Source: Oscillospiraceae bacterium
GTDB taxonomy: Bacteria > Bacillota > Clostridia > Oscillospirales > CAG-272
Assembly: GCA_015064205.1 (NCBI GenBank)
Contig: SVSR01000003.1
Coordinates: 33,194-97,193, forward strand
DNA length: 64,000 bases
Reading direction: 5' to 3'
Shown here: one piece after another, positions 56,850 through 64,000 of the stretch
Numbering within the stretch: position 1 is the first letter of the stretch
Layout: every line of letters begins with the position of its first letter
Notes under the pieces: model-generated
Database searches by the model: none
Told to the model about the DNA's origin: nothing
The model's input: only the letters and a program-made list of their open reading frames with translations
Made by a program: the position numbers and the translations under genes

Positions 56850-57086
56850 TCCTTTTTATTGTATTTTATCATTAAATTCCTCAAGTGTCAACATAATTAT
56901 ATTATCGAAAACGGGTATCGTGATATAAAAATACGGAAACTGCGGAAAAAGGCGGTTGATCAAAGCATTTATTTCCGTATATTGCCCGATTTGGAGTTTA
57001 TTTAAGGGTGACAAAGCATCGTGTGTTCGCTTATAATAATAGTGTATTCATTTTATCGAACGGACGGTGATATTTTGGAGCTTATT

Positions 57087-57674
57087 ATGATCAACTCCGA
57101 GAAAATAAAAATTATGCTTACACGCGAGGACATGACCAAATATAATATACATATGTATTCTCTCGGGCACACCGGAAGCGCGATAAAGGAGGCGTTCGGC
57201 GAGGTCCTTAGCGATATAAAAACACGCACAGGCTTTGATACCCTCTCATCTAAAACTATCCTTCAGGTATATCCGTCAAGAGACGGCGGGTGCGAAGTAT
57301 ACATAACAAGATTAAAAAATGACCTGAAACTCAAAAACGGAGAAAAGCATGAGTGTGCAGGTCAAAGCACAAATATAACCGTAAAACGCTGGCTTGAAAA
57401 GGTAATATTTTCTTTTGAAAAGCTTACCGATACGATCGACGCCTGCCGTTTGCTCTATTTATCGGGATACGATAAGTCAAGCAGCTTATATTTATGTGAT
57501 GATACATACTATCTTTTTCTTGAAACCGAAATAAAGCCAAAGGGCAGATATGATGAGTTAACCTCTCTTTGCGATTTTGGCAAAAGGCTTGAATGCAAAA
57601 TAACACAGGCGTTTATTTGCGAACACGGTGAGTTGATCGTACCGGATAGGGCCGTCGAGGCTCTTGCATTATAA
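57087..57674 (+). CDS. MecA-like adaptor protein
   Basis: N-terminus MINSEKIKIMLTREDMTKYNI resembles the MecA N-domain. Start chosen at the ATG after a TGGAG RBS. Confidence 0.55.
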   Translation: MINSEKIKIMLTREDMTKYNIHMYSLGHTGSAIKEAFGEVLSDIKTRTGFDTLSSKTILQVYPSRDGGCEVYITRLKNDLKLKNGEKHECAGQSTNITVKRWLEKVIFSFEKLTDTIDACRLLYLSGYDKSSSLYLCDDTYYLFLETEIKPKGRYDELTSLCDFGKRLECKITQAFICEHGELIVPDRAVEALAL

Positions 57675-57706
57675 TTATAAAAATGGAAATAATAAAGGAC
57701 GTTATC

Positions 57707-58273
57707 ATGCTTTCTCAAATACTTCAAAAATGCAAAGCCTGCAGTGCCTGCAAACTTTGCGAAACTAAAACTAATACTGTTTTCGGATGCGGAAACGAGA
57801 ACGCCGACTTAATGTTCGTTGGCGAAGCACCCGGCGAGAAAGAGGATGAATCGGGTATACCTTTCGTGGGTCCTGCCGGAAAGCTTTTTGATAAGTATCT
57901 CGAATACGTAGAGATAGACCGCAATGAAGTTTATATAGCAAACATATTAAAGTGCAGGCCGCCAAAAAACCGCGACCCGCTTCCCGAAGAAGAGGACGCT
58001 TGCATCTCTTATTTGCGCGAGCAGGTACGCGCTATCAGACCCAAAATAATAGTATGTCTTGGCAGAGTTGCAGCAAAGAGGCTTATAAAACCTGATTTCA
58101 GAATTACAGCCGAGCACGGCAAATGGTTTGATAAGCAAAATTTTAAGATGTGCGCTGTTTATCACCCGTCGGCACTGCTTCGTGACTCAGCCAAAAAGGC
58201 GGATATGTTAAAAGACATGAAAATGATAAAAGAAGTATATGACAGCATAAGAAAAGAGGCTTTGGAAAAGTAA
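57707..58273 (+). CDS. uracil-DNA glycosylase, family 4
   Basis: Cys cluster CKACSACKLC and GEAPGEKEDESGIPFVGPAG motif. An alternative start exists at 57683. Confidence 0.85.
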   Translation: MLSQILQKCKACSACKLCETKTNTVFGCGNENADLMFVGEAPGEKEDESGIPFVGPAGKLFDKYLEYVEIDRNEVYIANILKCRPPKNRDPLPEEEDACISYLREQVRAIRPKIIVCLGRVAAKRLIKPDFRITAEHGKWFDKQNFKMCAVYHPSALLRDSAKKADMLKDMKMIKEVYDSIRKEALEK

Positions 58274-58274
58274 A

Positions 58275-59216
58275 ATGTCACAGATATTATTAAAAATGAT
58301 GATAACGATGTTCCTTTTATGCGCCGCAGGATACATTGCACGCAAGATGGGAATAATCGACAGTGCGTTTTCAAAAAAGCTTTCAACGCTGATTATAAAA
58401 ATAGGTCAGCCGTTTCTTATAATTGCCGCAATAATCGGTATCGAATACTCTAAAGAAAAGCTCATTTCCGGATTTATAGTTATAGGAATAGGTACAGTCT
58501 GCCATGGCATTATGGCGCTTATTGCAGTTATATATTCAAGTCATATAAAGGATATAAACAAAGCAAAAATTACTAAGTTTTCGCTTGTCTTTGCAAACTG
58601 CGGATTTTTAGGCCTGCCCGTTGTCGGTGCGCTTCTCGGCGAAGAGGGACTTTTCTATGGCGCGTTCTATCAGATACCCTTCCAGCTTTTCGTATGGAGC
58701 TACGGAATGATAGTTTTTGCCCGCGGCAGAGATGACATAAAGATAAGCCCGAAAAGTCTTATTCTCAACTACGGTATGATACCCTGCTTTATAGGTATTG
58801 CACTTTATATACTCAAGCCCTATTTTATACTTCCCGATTTCATTACAAGCGCATTTAACTATCTCGGCTCGCTATGTACTCCCATATCTCAGCTGATAAT
58901 CGGCGGCCTCATCGCGCTTCATCCGCTCAAGGTACTTTTCAGCGGTGCGGGCAAATATGCCGCAAGTACTGTCAAGCTTGTAGTTTTTCCTCTCATGTTT
59001 GCGCTTATATGCAAGCTTTTAGGTGTTGGCGACACGATGACACTGTTTATTGTAACAATGAGCGCTCTCCCTTGTGCAACAAACTCTGTGATGTTTGGCG
59101 AGATATACGACATAGCTCCCGAATATGCGGCGCACCTCGTTGGTGTTACATCAATTCTATCGGTAGCTACTGTACCTTTTGTTGTGTGGGTAGCCGAAAA
59201 GATAATATCGCTTTAA
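58275..59216 (+). CDS. AEC (auxin efflux carrier) family transporter
   Basis: 313 aa, about 10 TM segments. Begins 1 nt after the UDG stop. Confidence 0.75.
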   Translation: MSQILLKMMITMFLLCAAGYIARKMGIIDSAFSKKLSTLIIKIGQPFLIIAAIIGIEYSKEKLISGFIVIGIGTVCHGIMALIAVIYSSHIKDINKAKITKFSLVFANCGFLGLPVVGALLGEEGLFYGAFYQIPFQLFVWSYGMIVFARGRDDIKISPKSLILNYGMIPCFIGIALYILKPYFILPDFITSAFNYLGSLCTPISQLIIGGLIALHPLKVLFSGAGKYAASTVKLVVFPLMFALICKLLGVGDTMTLFIVTMSALPCATNSVMFGEIYDIAPEYAAHLVGVTSILSVATVPFVVWVAEKIISL

Positions 59217-59245
59217 AAAGAGGTCTTCATACGAAGACCTCTTTT
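59217..59245. terminator. bidirectional terminator
   Basis: AAAGAGGTCTTC-ATAC-GAAGACCTCTTT flanked by A and T runs. Confidence 0.8.
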
Positions 59246-59404
59246 TTATTTATCCTCACAGCTGCACTTGCCTTGGCTGCACGTGGAACTGTGCGGGCAG
59301 CCTATGCATTTTTTACCGCTTTTCTTAGCTTTAATTATATAGCCAGTTGCACCGCCTATTATAAGGCCGATCACGGCTATTGCAATTATATCTGTCAAAG
59401 TCAT
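59246..59404 (-). CDS. FeoB-associated Cys-rich membrane peptide (52 aa)
   Basis: Absent from the ORF track (below 60 aa). MTLTDIIAIAVIGLIIGGATGYIIKAKKSGKKCIGCPHSSTCSQGKCSCEDK: one TM plus a Cys-rich tail. Starts 15 nt after the feoB stop. Confidence 0.75.
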   Translation of the reverse strand: MTLTDIIAIAVIGLIIGGATGYIIKAKKSGKKCIGCPHSSTCSQGKCSCEDK

Positions 59405-59419
59405 AATTATTCTCCGTAA

Positions 59420-61480
59420 TTATGCGTTCACTTTAGTTTTCTTTGCAGTCTTTTGGGTACGCGCATATTCTTCTTTAAGTTCTCTGTTTCTTTTTGAAAT
59501 AAGCATAGCTATAATTCCTGTAAATGCTATAACAACGCTCCAACCGAGAATAGGCATCCACATCTCGCCAAGGCTTTCGCCCGTAATAATCGAGCCAAAG
59601 AAATATACGAGGAATCCAACAGAATAGCCAACTGCAAACTGAAGCGCGATACCCGACCAGAACCATTTTCTGCTGTTCATCTCGGCATTCATAGCACCGA
59701 TAGCCGCAAAACAAGGCGGAGAGAAAAGATTGAACATAAGGTATGCAAGAGCCGCAGCCTTTGTGATAGCAAGAATAGACGCCGCTTCGGCGCCTGCCCC
59801 CTCGGCAAGAGAAAGTTCTTCTGAATTTATGAGATTTTCAAGACCAACGAAGCATACCGCAAGTGTACCAACAACGTTTTCCTTCGCGATAAAGCCCGTG
59901 ATAGCCGCCGCCGCAAGCTGCCATGCTACAACGCCGACGATCGGAGCAAATACGTATGCAAAAGGAGTTGCTATCGTTGCAAGGATGGATTCGCTTGCAT
60001 TTTCAACAGGCTGTAAGTTCCAGCCGAAAGTCTGCATAAGCTGAACTGCAAAGTTACAAACAAGAATTATCGTACCTGCTTTAACTATGTAAGCCCAACC
60101 GCGCTGACACATAGAAAGAAATGCTTTCCACAAGCTTGGAAACTTGTATTCGGGAAGCTCAATGATAAAGAAAGATTTTCTTTTTTTATAGCCTGTGATA
60201 TTGTTTATAAGGAGCGCGCAGAGGAATATTATAATAATTCCCACAAAATACATGAGCGTTCCAACCCACGAAGCATCCTCGAAAAATGCGCCTGCGAAAA
60301 GTGCTATAACGGGAAGCTTAGCGCCGCAAGGCATAAAAGGTGCAAGCATAGCAGTTGCTCTGCGCTCGCGCTCGTTGCGTATTGTACGGCATGCCATAAC
60401 GCCGGGGATAGCGCAACCCGTACCTATAACAAACGGTATGACAGATTTGCCGGAAAGGCCTACCTTCTTGAAAATAGGGTCAAGTACGACCGTTGCACGC
60501 GCCATGTATCCGCAGTCCTCAAGAAGAGCGATAAGGAAATACATTACCATAACGAGCGGCAAGAAGCCTACAACCGCGCCAACACCGCCGATAATACCGT
60601 CAACAACAATTGATCTGATAAGCGGATTTGCATCAACCATAAGTCTGCCGACCCATTCTCCAAACATTTCAATGAACGTAACGAGCCCCGGAATAACCGT
60701 TCCGTTTTCGAATTCATATCCCTCAGCTATCCACACACCAAGCCATGCCTGCGATATCTGAAAAACAAGAAACATAACTACCGCGAATATCGGAATACCA
60801 AGCCACTTATTAGTAATAAGAGCGTCTATCTTATCCTGGAAGTTCCTGTTTTTCGTAAAAACTTTTCTCTTTTCAACGTCTGCTACTATTCTATTTACAA
60901 AAGCAAAACGCTTTCTGTCGGCCTGTTCTACGGCCTTTTTGTCTGTAAGATCAATATTTTTCTGAACGTACGCAGGCTTCTGCTTTTTGCCTGCGTGAGA
61001 CACTACCGCCTCAATGAGCTCACCGAGACCTGCGCCCGTTGTGGACGTCGTTTCAACAACGGGGCATCCTAATTTTGCCGAAAGCCCTGCCACATCTATT
61101 TTATTATCCTTTTTTCTGTTTGAATCGCTCTTGTTAAGAGCAACAACAACGGGTATGCCAAGCTCTAAAAGCTGAGTTGTAAAAAAAAGGCTGCGGCTTA
61201 AATTGGTGGAATCAACAATATTGATTATTGCATCAAGTTTTTCGTTTTTTATGTATGTGCTTGTAACGCTTTCCTCAGACGTAAACGGCGACATCGAGTA
61301 AGCACCCGGAAGGTCGACCGCAACGATATGCGTGCCCTCATAAAAGCTTTTTTTAATAGGATGCTCTTTCTTTTCAACCGTAACGCCTGCCCAGTTTCCC
61401 ATTTTTTCATTCCGGCCCGTCAGAGCGTTATACATCGTCGTTTTGCCACTGTTCGGATTTCCGGCAAGTGCGATTCTCAT
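59420..61480 (-). CDS. feoB: ferrous iron transporter B
   Basis: 686 aa. N-terminal G-domain GNPNSGKTT and DLPG, then a polytopic membrane domain. Confidence 0.95.
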   Translation of the reverse strand: MRIALAGNPNSGKTTMYNALTGRNEKMGNWAGVTVEKKEHPIKKSFYEGTHIVAVDLPGAYSMSPFTSEESVTSTYIKNEKLDAIINIVDSTNLSRSLFFTTQLLELGIPVVVALNKSDSNRKKDNKIDVAGLSAKLGCPVVETTSTTGAGLGELIEAVVSHAGKKQKPAYVQKNIDLTDKKAVEQADRKRFAFVNRIVADVEKRKVFTKNRNFQDKIDALITNKWLGIPIFAVVMFLVFQISQAWLGVWIAEGYEFENGTVIPGLVTFIEMFGEWVGRLMVDANPLIRSIVVDGIIGGVGAVVGFLPLVMVMYFLIALLEDCGYMARATVVLDPIFKKVGLSGKSVIPFVIGTGCAIPGVMACRTIRNERERRATAMLAPFMPCGAKLPVIALFAGAFFEDASWVGTLMYFVGIIIIFLCALLINNITGYKKRKSFFIIELPEYKFPSLWKAFLSMCQRGWAYIVKAGTIILVCNFAVQLMQTFGWNLQPVENASESILATIATPFAYVFAPIVGVVAWQLAAAAITGFIAKENVVGTLAVCFVGLENLINSEELSLAEGAGAEAASILAITKAAALAYLMFNLFSPPCFAAIGAMNAEMNSRKWFWSGIALQFAVGYSVGFLVYFFGSIITGESLGEMWMPILGWSVVIAFTGIIAMLISKRNRELKEEYARTQKTAKKTKVNA

Positions 61481-61549
61481 TGTAATTCCTCCTGAAATTG
61501 ATAAAAATATTTATTTTACAGATCAACTGTTAAAATACATGTCAATTAG

Positions 61550-61565
61550 TTAGCCTATGCTAACC
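61550..61565. promoter_or_regulatory. operator-like motif copy 1, TTAGCCTATGCTAACC
   Basis: In the feoA-feoB spacer. Inverted half-sites TTAGC/GCTAA. Confidence 0.45.
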
Positions 61566-61609
61566 TTATAGTGAAAGTAATCGGCAGATTACCTATTCGT
61601 AATTTGCAG

Positions 61610-61822
61610 TTATACTATAATAGCTTCTGCAAGTTCATTATCGATATTATATCTGCCGTCTTTAATCGAAACAACACATCCGCCCTTTAAATGGGAGATT
61701 ACCGTTATCGGCTCGCCGCTATAGCACCCGAGAGAAAACAAGAATGCGTCGAGTTCTTCATCATCGGTTTCAATAGACTTGATTATATATTCCTTGCCCT
61801 CTTGCGCCTGTTTCAGATTCAT
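61610..61822 (-). CDS. feoA: FeoA family protein
   Basis: 70-aa SH3-like FeoA pattern (G.EY.I..I...D.E....L.SLG...GE.I.V). Confidence 0.85.
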   Translation of the reverse strand: MNLKQAQEGKEYIIKSIETDDEELDAFLFSLGCYSGEPITVISHLKGGCVVSIKDGRYNIDNELAEAIIV

Positions 61823-61858
61823 TTATCCCGCCTGCCTTCACAACTGTCAATAAACCAA

Positions 61859-61874
61859 TTAGCCTCGGCTAACC
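61859..61874. promoter_or_regulatory. operator-like motif copy 2, TTAGCCTCGGCTAACC
   Basis: In the feoA 5' UTR. 6-2-6 palindrome TTAGCC/GGCTAA. Confidence 0.45.
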
Positions 61875-61892
61875 GTCATGTCTAAAAAACAA

Positions 61893-61908
61893 TTAGCCTA
61901 TGCTAACC
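61893..61908. promoter_or_regulatory. operator-like motif copy 3, TTAGCCTATGCTAACC
   Basis: Identical to copy 1. Lies immediately downstream of the feoA -10 box, covering the expected transcription start. Confidence 0.5.
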
Positions 61909-61914
61909 TGTAAT

Positions 61915-61943
61915 ATTTTAACATACTAAGTGATACTTGTCAA
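61915..61943 (-). promoter_or_regulatory. sigma-A type promoter for feoAB (TTGACA-17-TAAAAT)
   Basis: Consensus -35 with 17-nt spacing on the minus strand. Confidence 0.55.
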
Positions 61944-62068
61944 GATGATTTTTTGAAATTATTTTAAGTTTTTACAGTTGATGTTCAAAAGCTTTCCGTT
62001 TATATGTTTGATCCCCCTGCATATTATTTATAATTTGTCGGCAAGGCCAACACAAGAATGAATACAAA

Positions 62069-62100
62069 CAAAATCCGTCCTCATAAGAGGACGGATTTTG
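62069..62100 (-). terminator. terminator after the tRNA pair
   Basis: CAAAATCCGTCCTC-ATAA-GAGGACGGATTTTG directly after the tRNA-Tyr 3' end. Confidence 0.8.
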
Positions 62101-62102
62101 TT

Positions 62103-62187
62103 TGGTGGGAGCGGGTGGATTCGGACCACCGAAGTCAGTGACAACAGATTTACAGTCTGCCCCCTTTGGCCGCTCGGGAACGCTCCC
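62103..62187 (-). tRNA. tRNA-Tyr (anticodon GUA), long variable arm
   Basis: 85 nt. Acceptor GGGAGCG/CGCTCCC, anticodon loop CUGUAAA, encoded CCA. The T loop reads TCCGAAT. Confidence 0.85.
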
Positions 62188-62262
62188 TGGAGCTGGTGAT
62201 CGGAGTCGAACCAACAACCTGCTGATTACAAATCAGCTGCTCTGCCATTGAGCCACACCAGC
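62188..62262 (-). tRNA. tRNA-Thr (anticodon UGU)
   Basis: 75 nt. Acceptor GCTGGTG/CACCAGC, anticodon loop UUUGUAA, T loop TTCGACT, encoded CCA. Confidence 0.9.
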
Positions 62263-62299
62263 AACTTATTTTATTGTGTCACCTCTTGGCGACTTTCAT

Positions 62300-62328
62300 A
62301 TTATATCAAAACAATCCTTGTTTGTCAA
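62300..62328 (-). promoter_or_regulatory. consensus sigma-A promoter (TTGACA-17-TATAAT) for tRNA-Thr/Tyr
   Basis: Perfect hexamers on the minus strand. A short hairpin (62278-62293) lies between the -10 box and the tRNA-Thr 5' end. Confidence 0.55.
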
Positions 62329-62424
62329 TACCTTTTTTAAAATTTTTTCTACAAAAATAAACTATTCTGCCCTACTGATATAATACCCTGTTCTTATAAT
62401 TAAATACAAGGGCATTTTTGCTTT

Positions 62425-63297
62425 TTATATGTTTAGTTTTTTAAACAAAAACGGGCATAATCCCAGGCACACAAAAACAAGAGCAATATATCTGATTGCA
62501 TCAAAAGCAAGTGACAGCTGTAAAACCGTAAAAACGTTAAGTGCCTTAAAGCCTTCTTTAACCGCAAGCGCAAGTGCAACTCCTATAACAACGCGCAAAG
62601 TTTTCTTCCAGATGGCAACCGTATAATCGAGTGAGGCAAATCTTTCTTCAAAGCTTACCGCCAAAATAAGTCCTGCGAGCATACCGTAAAGCTTATATAG
62701 ATCTGCATACAGCGGATCGGGCTTTATCATGAAAAATACCACAAACGGGGTTAACAGCAAAAGCACGTACGTAAATAATTTGCTCTTATCCTCTGTTTTG
62801 TCATAGATACTATTGCCGATAAAAGCAAAGGCAACACCCAGAATCATTCCAACAATAACATCGCTCGGGTAATGTGCACCCAAAAACACCCTTGATAGCG
62901 CAACAAGTAAAATCAGAATACCTGTTATTACACTTACCCACGTCTTTTTAAGCTTTATTGCAACCGCAGTACTCCACGTAGCAAAATTCTGAGTGTGACC
63001 GCTTGGAAACGAGTATCCCGTTGCGGTGTCGGGTCTGACGCACGTAATCTCACCCGAAGCAAAAGGGCGCGGGATTTTAGCAATATTCTTTATAATACCG
63101 TTAAAGGAAAGTGAAACGACGGTTATAAAAAATAATCTTTGAGCAATCCTCTTATCAAAAGCAAACCAAAGTATTGCAACAAGAAGTATCATCAGCACTT
63201 CTTCGCCAAGCATCGTTACATACTCAAAAAAACTGTTTATAAAATCGTTTCTCAAAAGTTCTGTCTTTTTAAGTATTTCAAGTTCAAATGCAAACAT
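62425..63297 (-). CDS. PAP2 family phosphatase with extra C-terminal TM segments
   Basis: Motifs KIPRPF, SFPSGHT, SRVFLGAHYPSDV. Confidence 0.85.
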   Translation of the reverse strand: MFAFELEILKKTELLRNDFINSFFEYVTMLGEEVLMILLVAILWFAFDKRIAQRLFFITVVSLSFNGIIKNIAKIPRPFASGEITCVRPDTATGYSFPSGHTQNFATWSTAVAIKLKKTWVSVITGILILLVALSRVFLGAHYPSDVIVGMILGVAFAFIGNSIYDKTEDKSKLFTYVLLLLTPFVVFFMIKPDPLYADLYKLYGMLAGLILAVSFEERFASLDYTVAIWKKTLRVVIGVALALAVKEGFKALNVFTVLQLSLAFDAIRYIALVFVCLGLCPFLFKKLNI

Positions 63298-63454
63298 TAT
63301 TATTCCCCGTTTATTTATTAAGTCTATAACAGTTTAACATATATTATAAGTAAATTCAAGTGGATTTTTCGTCAAACATTTTTGCAACATTTTAAAGTAA
63401 TATTGATTTCTCATCATGCTTGTAGTATAATTCTATAAAAGGGGGGTGAGAGGT

Positions 63455-64000
63455 ATGACTTCGAATATGATAAAGCTTATAGCTTGCATTTCAATGTTTA
63501 TTGACCACGCAGGTCTTCAGCTGTTTGATAATAATATAATCATGCGCTCTGTTGGCCGGCTTGCAATGCCCCTGTTCGCTTTCTTTATCGGCGAGGGTTG
63601 CAGACACACGTCAAACAGACTTAAATACTTTTTAAGAGTGTTTGTCCTCGGCGTTATTTGCCAGATTGCATACACGGCAAACGAAATAGCCTCAGGAAGC
63701 TTCAGCTCGGTTTATCTCAATATCTTATTTACCTTTTCGATCTCAATACTCATCTGCTTTGCATATCTGAATTTTGAAGAATCAAAGTCAAAATCTAAGG
63801 GCGCCGCAATTTTTCTTTTCACCATAATATCAGGGCTTCTTTTTGACTTTTTCTGCATAAGCTCAGAAAGGCTTGTCGGTGTGTCCTTTTCATTTGATTA
63901 CGGTATCGTTGGCGCGCTTCTGCCATTTGCCGCAGTCATGTTTAAAGACAGGTCAAAAAAGCTCATAACGTTTACTTTTGCTGTTATAATGTTTACAATA
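63455..64000 (+). CDS. TraX family membrane protein (partial, runs off the window)
   Basis: GGGGGGTGAGAGG RBS. MTSNMIKLIACISMFIDHAG...GRLAMPLFAFFIGEG matches the TraX N-terminus. No stop before 64000. Confidence 0.75.
   Translation, partial: MTSNMIKLIACISMFIDHAGLQLFDNNIIMRSVGRLAMPLFAFFIGEGCRHTSNRLKYFLRVFVLGVICQIAYTANEIASGSFSSVYLNILFTFSISILICFAYLNFEESKSKSKGAAIFLFTIISGLLFDFFCISSERLVGVSFSFDYGIVGALLPFAAVMFKDRSKKLITFTFAVIMFTI

Noticed and set aside
56931-56980. A 9-bp inverted repeat, ATACGGAAA...TTTCCGTAT, with a 32-nt loop, upstream of the MecA-like gene.
   Set aside because: No T run follows it, and it lies upstream of the predicted promoter. I cannot assign a role from sequence alone.
58874-59419. 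A 181-aa plus-strand ORF spanning the AEC gene 3' end and the feoB-downstream region.
   Set aside because: It is out of frame with the AEC transporter gene. It crosses a strong bidirectional terminator. It lies antisense to the well-supported 52-aa FeoB-associated peptide gene.
61972-62217. An 81-aa minus-strand ORF.
   Set aside because: It overlaps tRNA-Tyr, part of tRNA-Thr and their terminator. It is an artefact of translating structured RNA genes.
1-64000. A window-wide check for CRISPR arrays, IS elements or transposases, prophage modules, toxin-antitoxin pairs and known defence genes.
   Set aside because: I saw no regularly spaced direct repeats, terminal inverted repeats, recombinase, integrase or reverse-transcriptase ORFs, or nuclease/helicase-type defence signatures. 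The window reads as core chromosome.

Overview
This is a chromosomal segment from a low-GC Firmicute, probably a spore-former-type member of the Clostridia. That inference rests on spo0A, SLH-domain wall proteins, a T-box leader, a ZTP riboswitch and sigma-A type TTGACA/TATAAT promoters. The window is mostly core metabolism and transport.

Gene content in order:
- A CNNM/CorC transporter, a DivIVA-like protein, an HTH-TPR regulator, ispF and rpe.
- An SLH protein, then a sortase-like gene paired with a membrane-protein gene, then DegV.
- A BMP-family (nucleoside-type) ABC importer and a second SLH/cadherin-like protein.
- Two tandem paralogs of a ceramidase-fold hydrolase next to a LacI regulator.
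- tRNA-Gln, a small XRE gene, an FAD oxidoreductase, potABCD behind a long leader, cdd, and a lipoprotein with a CE7 esterase domain.
- A CarD-like gene and spo0A.
- A nine-gene purine operon (purE, purF-like, purM, FNT, purN, purO, purH, purD, purL) behind a ZTP riboswitch.
- A YfcE-type phosphodiesterase and an ABC / DUF1854 / ABC operon.
- T-box-controlled pheST, a frameshifted XRE gene, and an AI-2E / LURP-one pair.
- ogg, a Cys-rich conserved protein, a MecA-like protein, a family-4 UDG and an AEC transporter.
- feoA, feoB and a small FeoB-associated peptide gene, with three copies of an operator-like palindrome.
- tRNA-Thr and tRNA-Tyr, a PAP2 phosphatase and a partial TraX gene.

I saw no CRISPR array, transposase, integrase, prophage block or recognisable defence genes. 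I cannot point to a clear-cut new system.

The most promising leads are:
- the ABC exporter pair with matching N-terminal sensor-like plus zinc-ribbon extensions around a DUF1854-like gene;
- the Cys-less PurF homolog and the FNT channel gene inside the ZTP-controlled pur operon;
- the roughly 300-nt structured potA leader;
- the triplicated feo operator motif;
- the tandem ceramidase-fold paralogs;
- a sortase-fold protein that lacks the canonical catalytic motif.

All functional calls come from reading motifs in the translated ORFs by eye. No database search was run.
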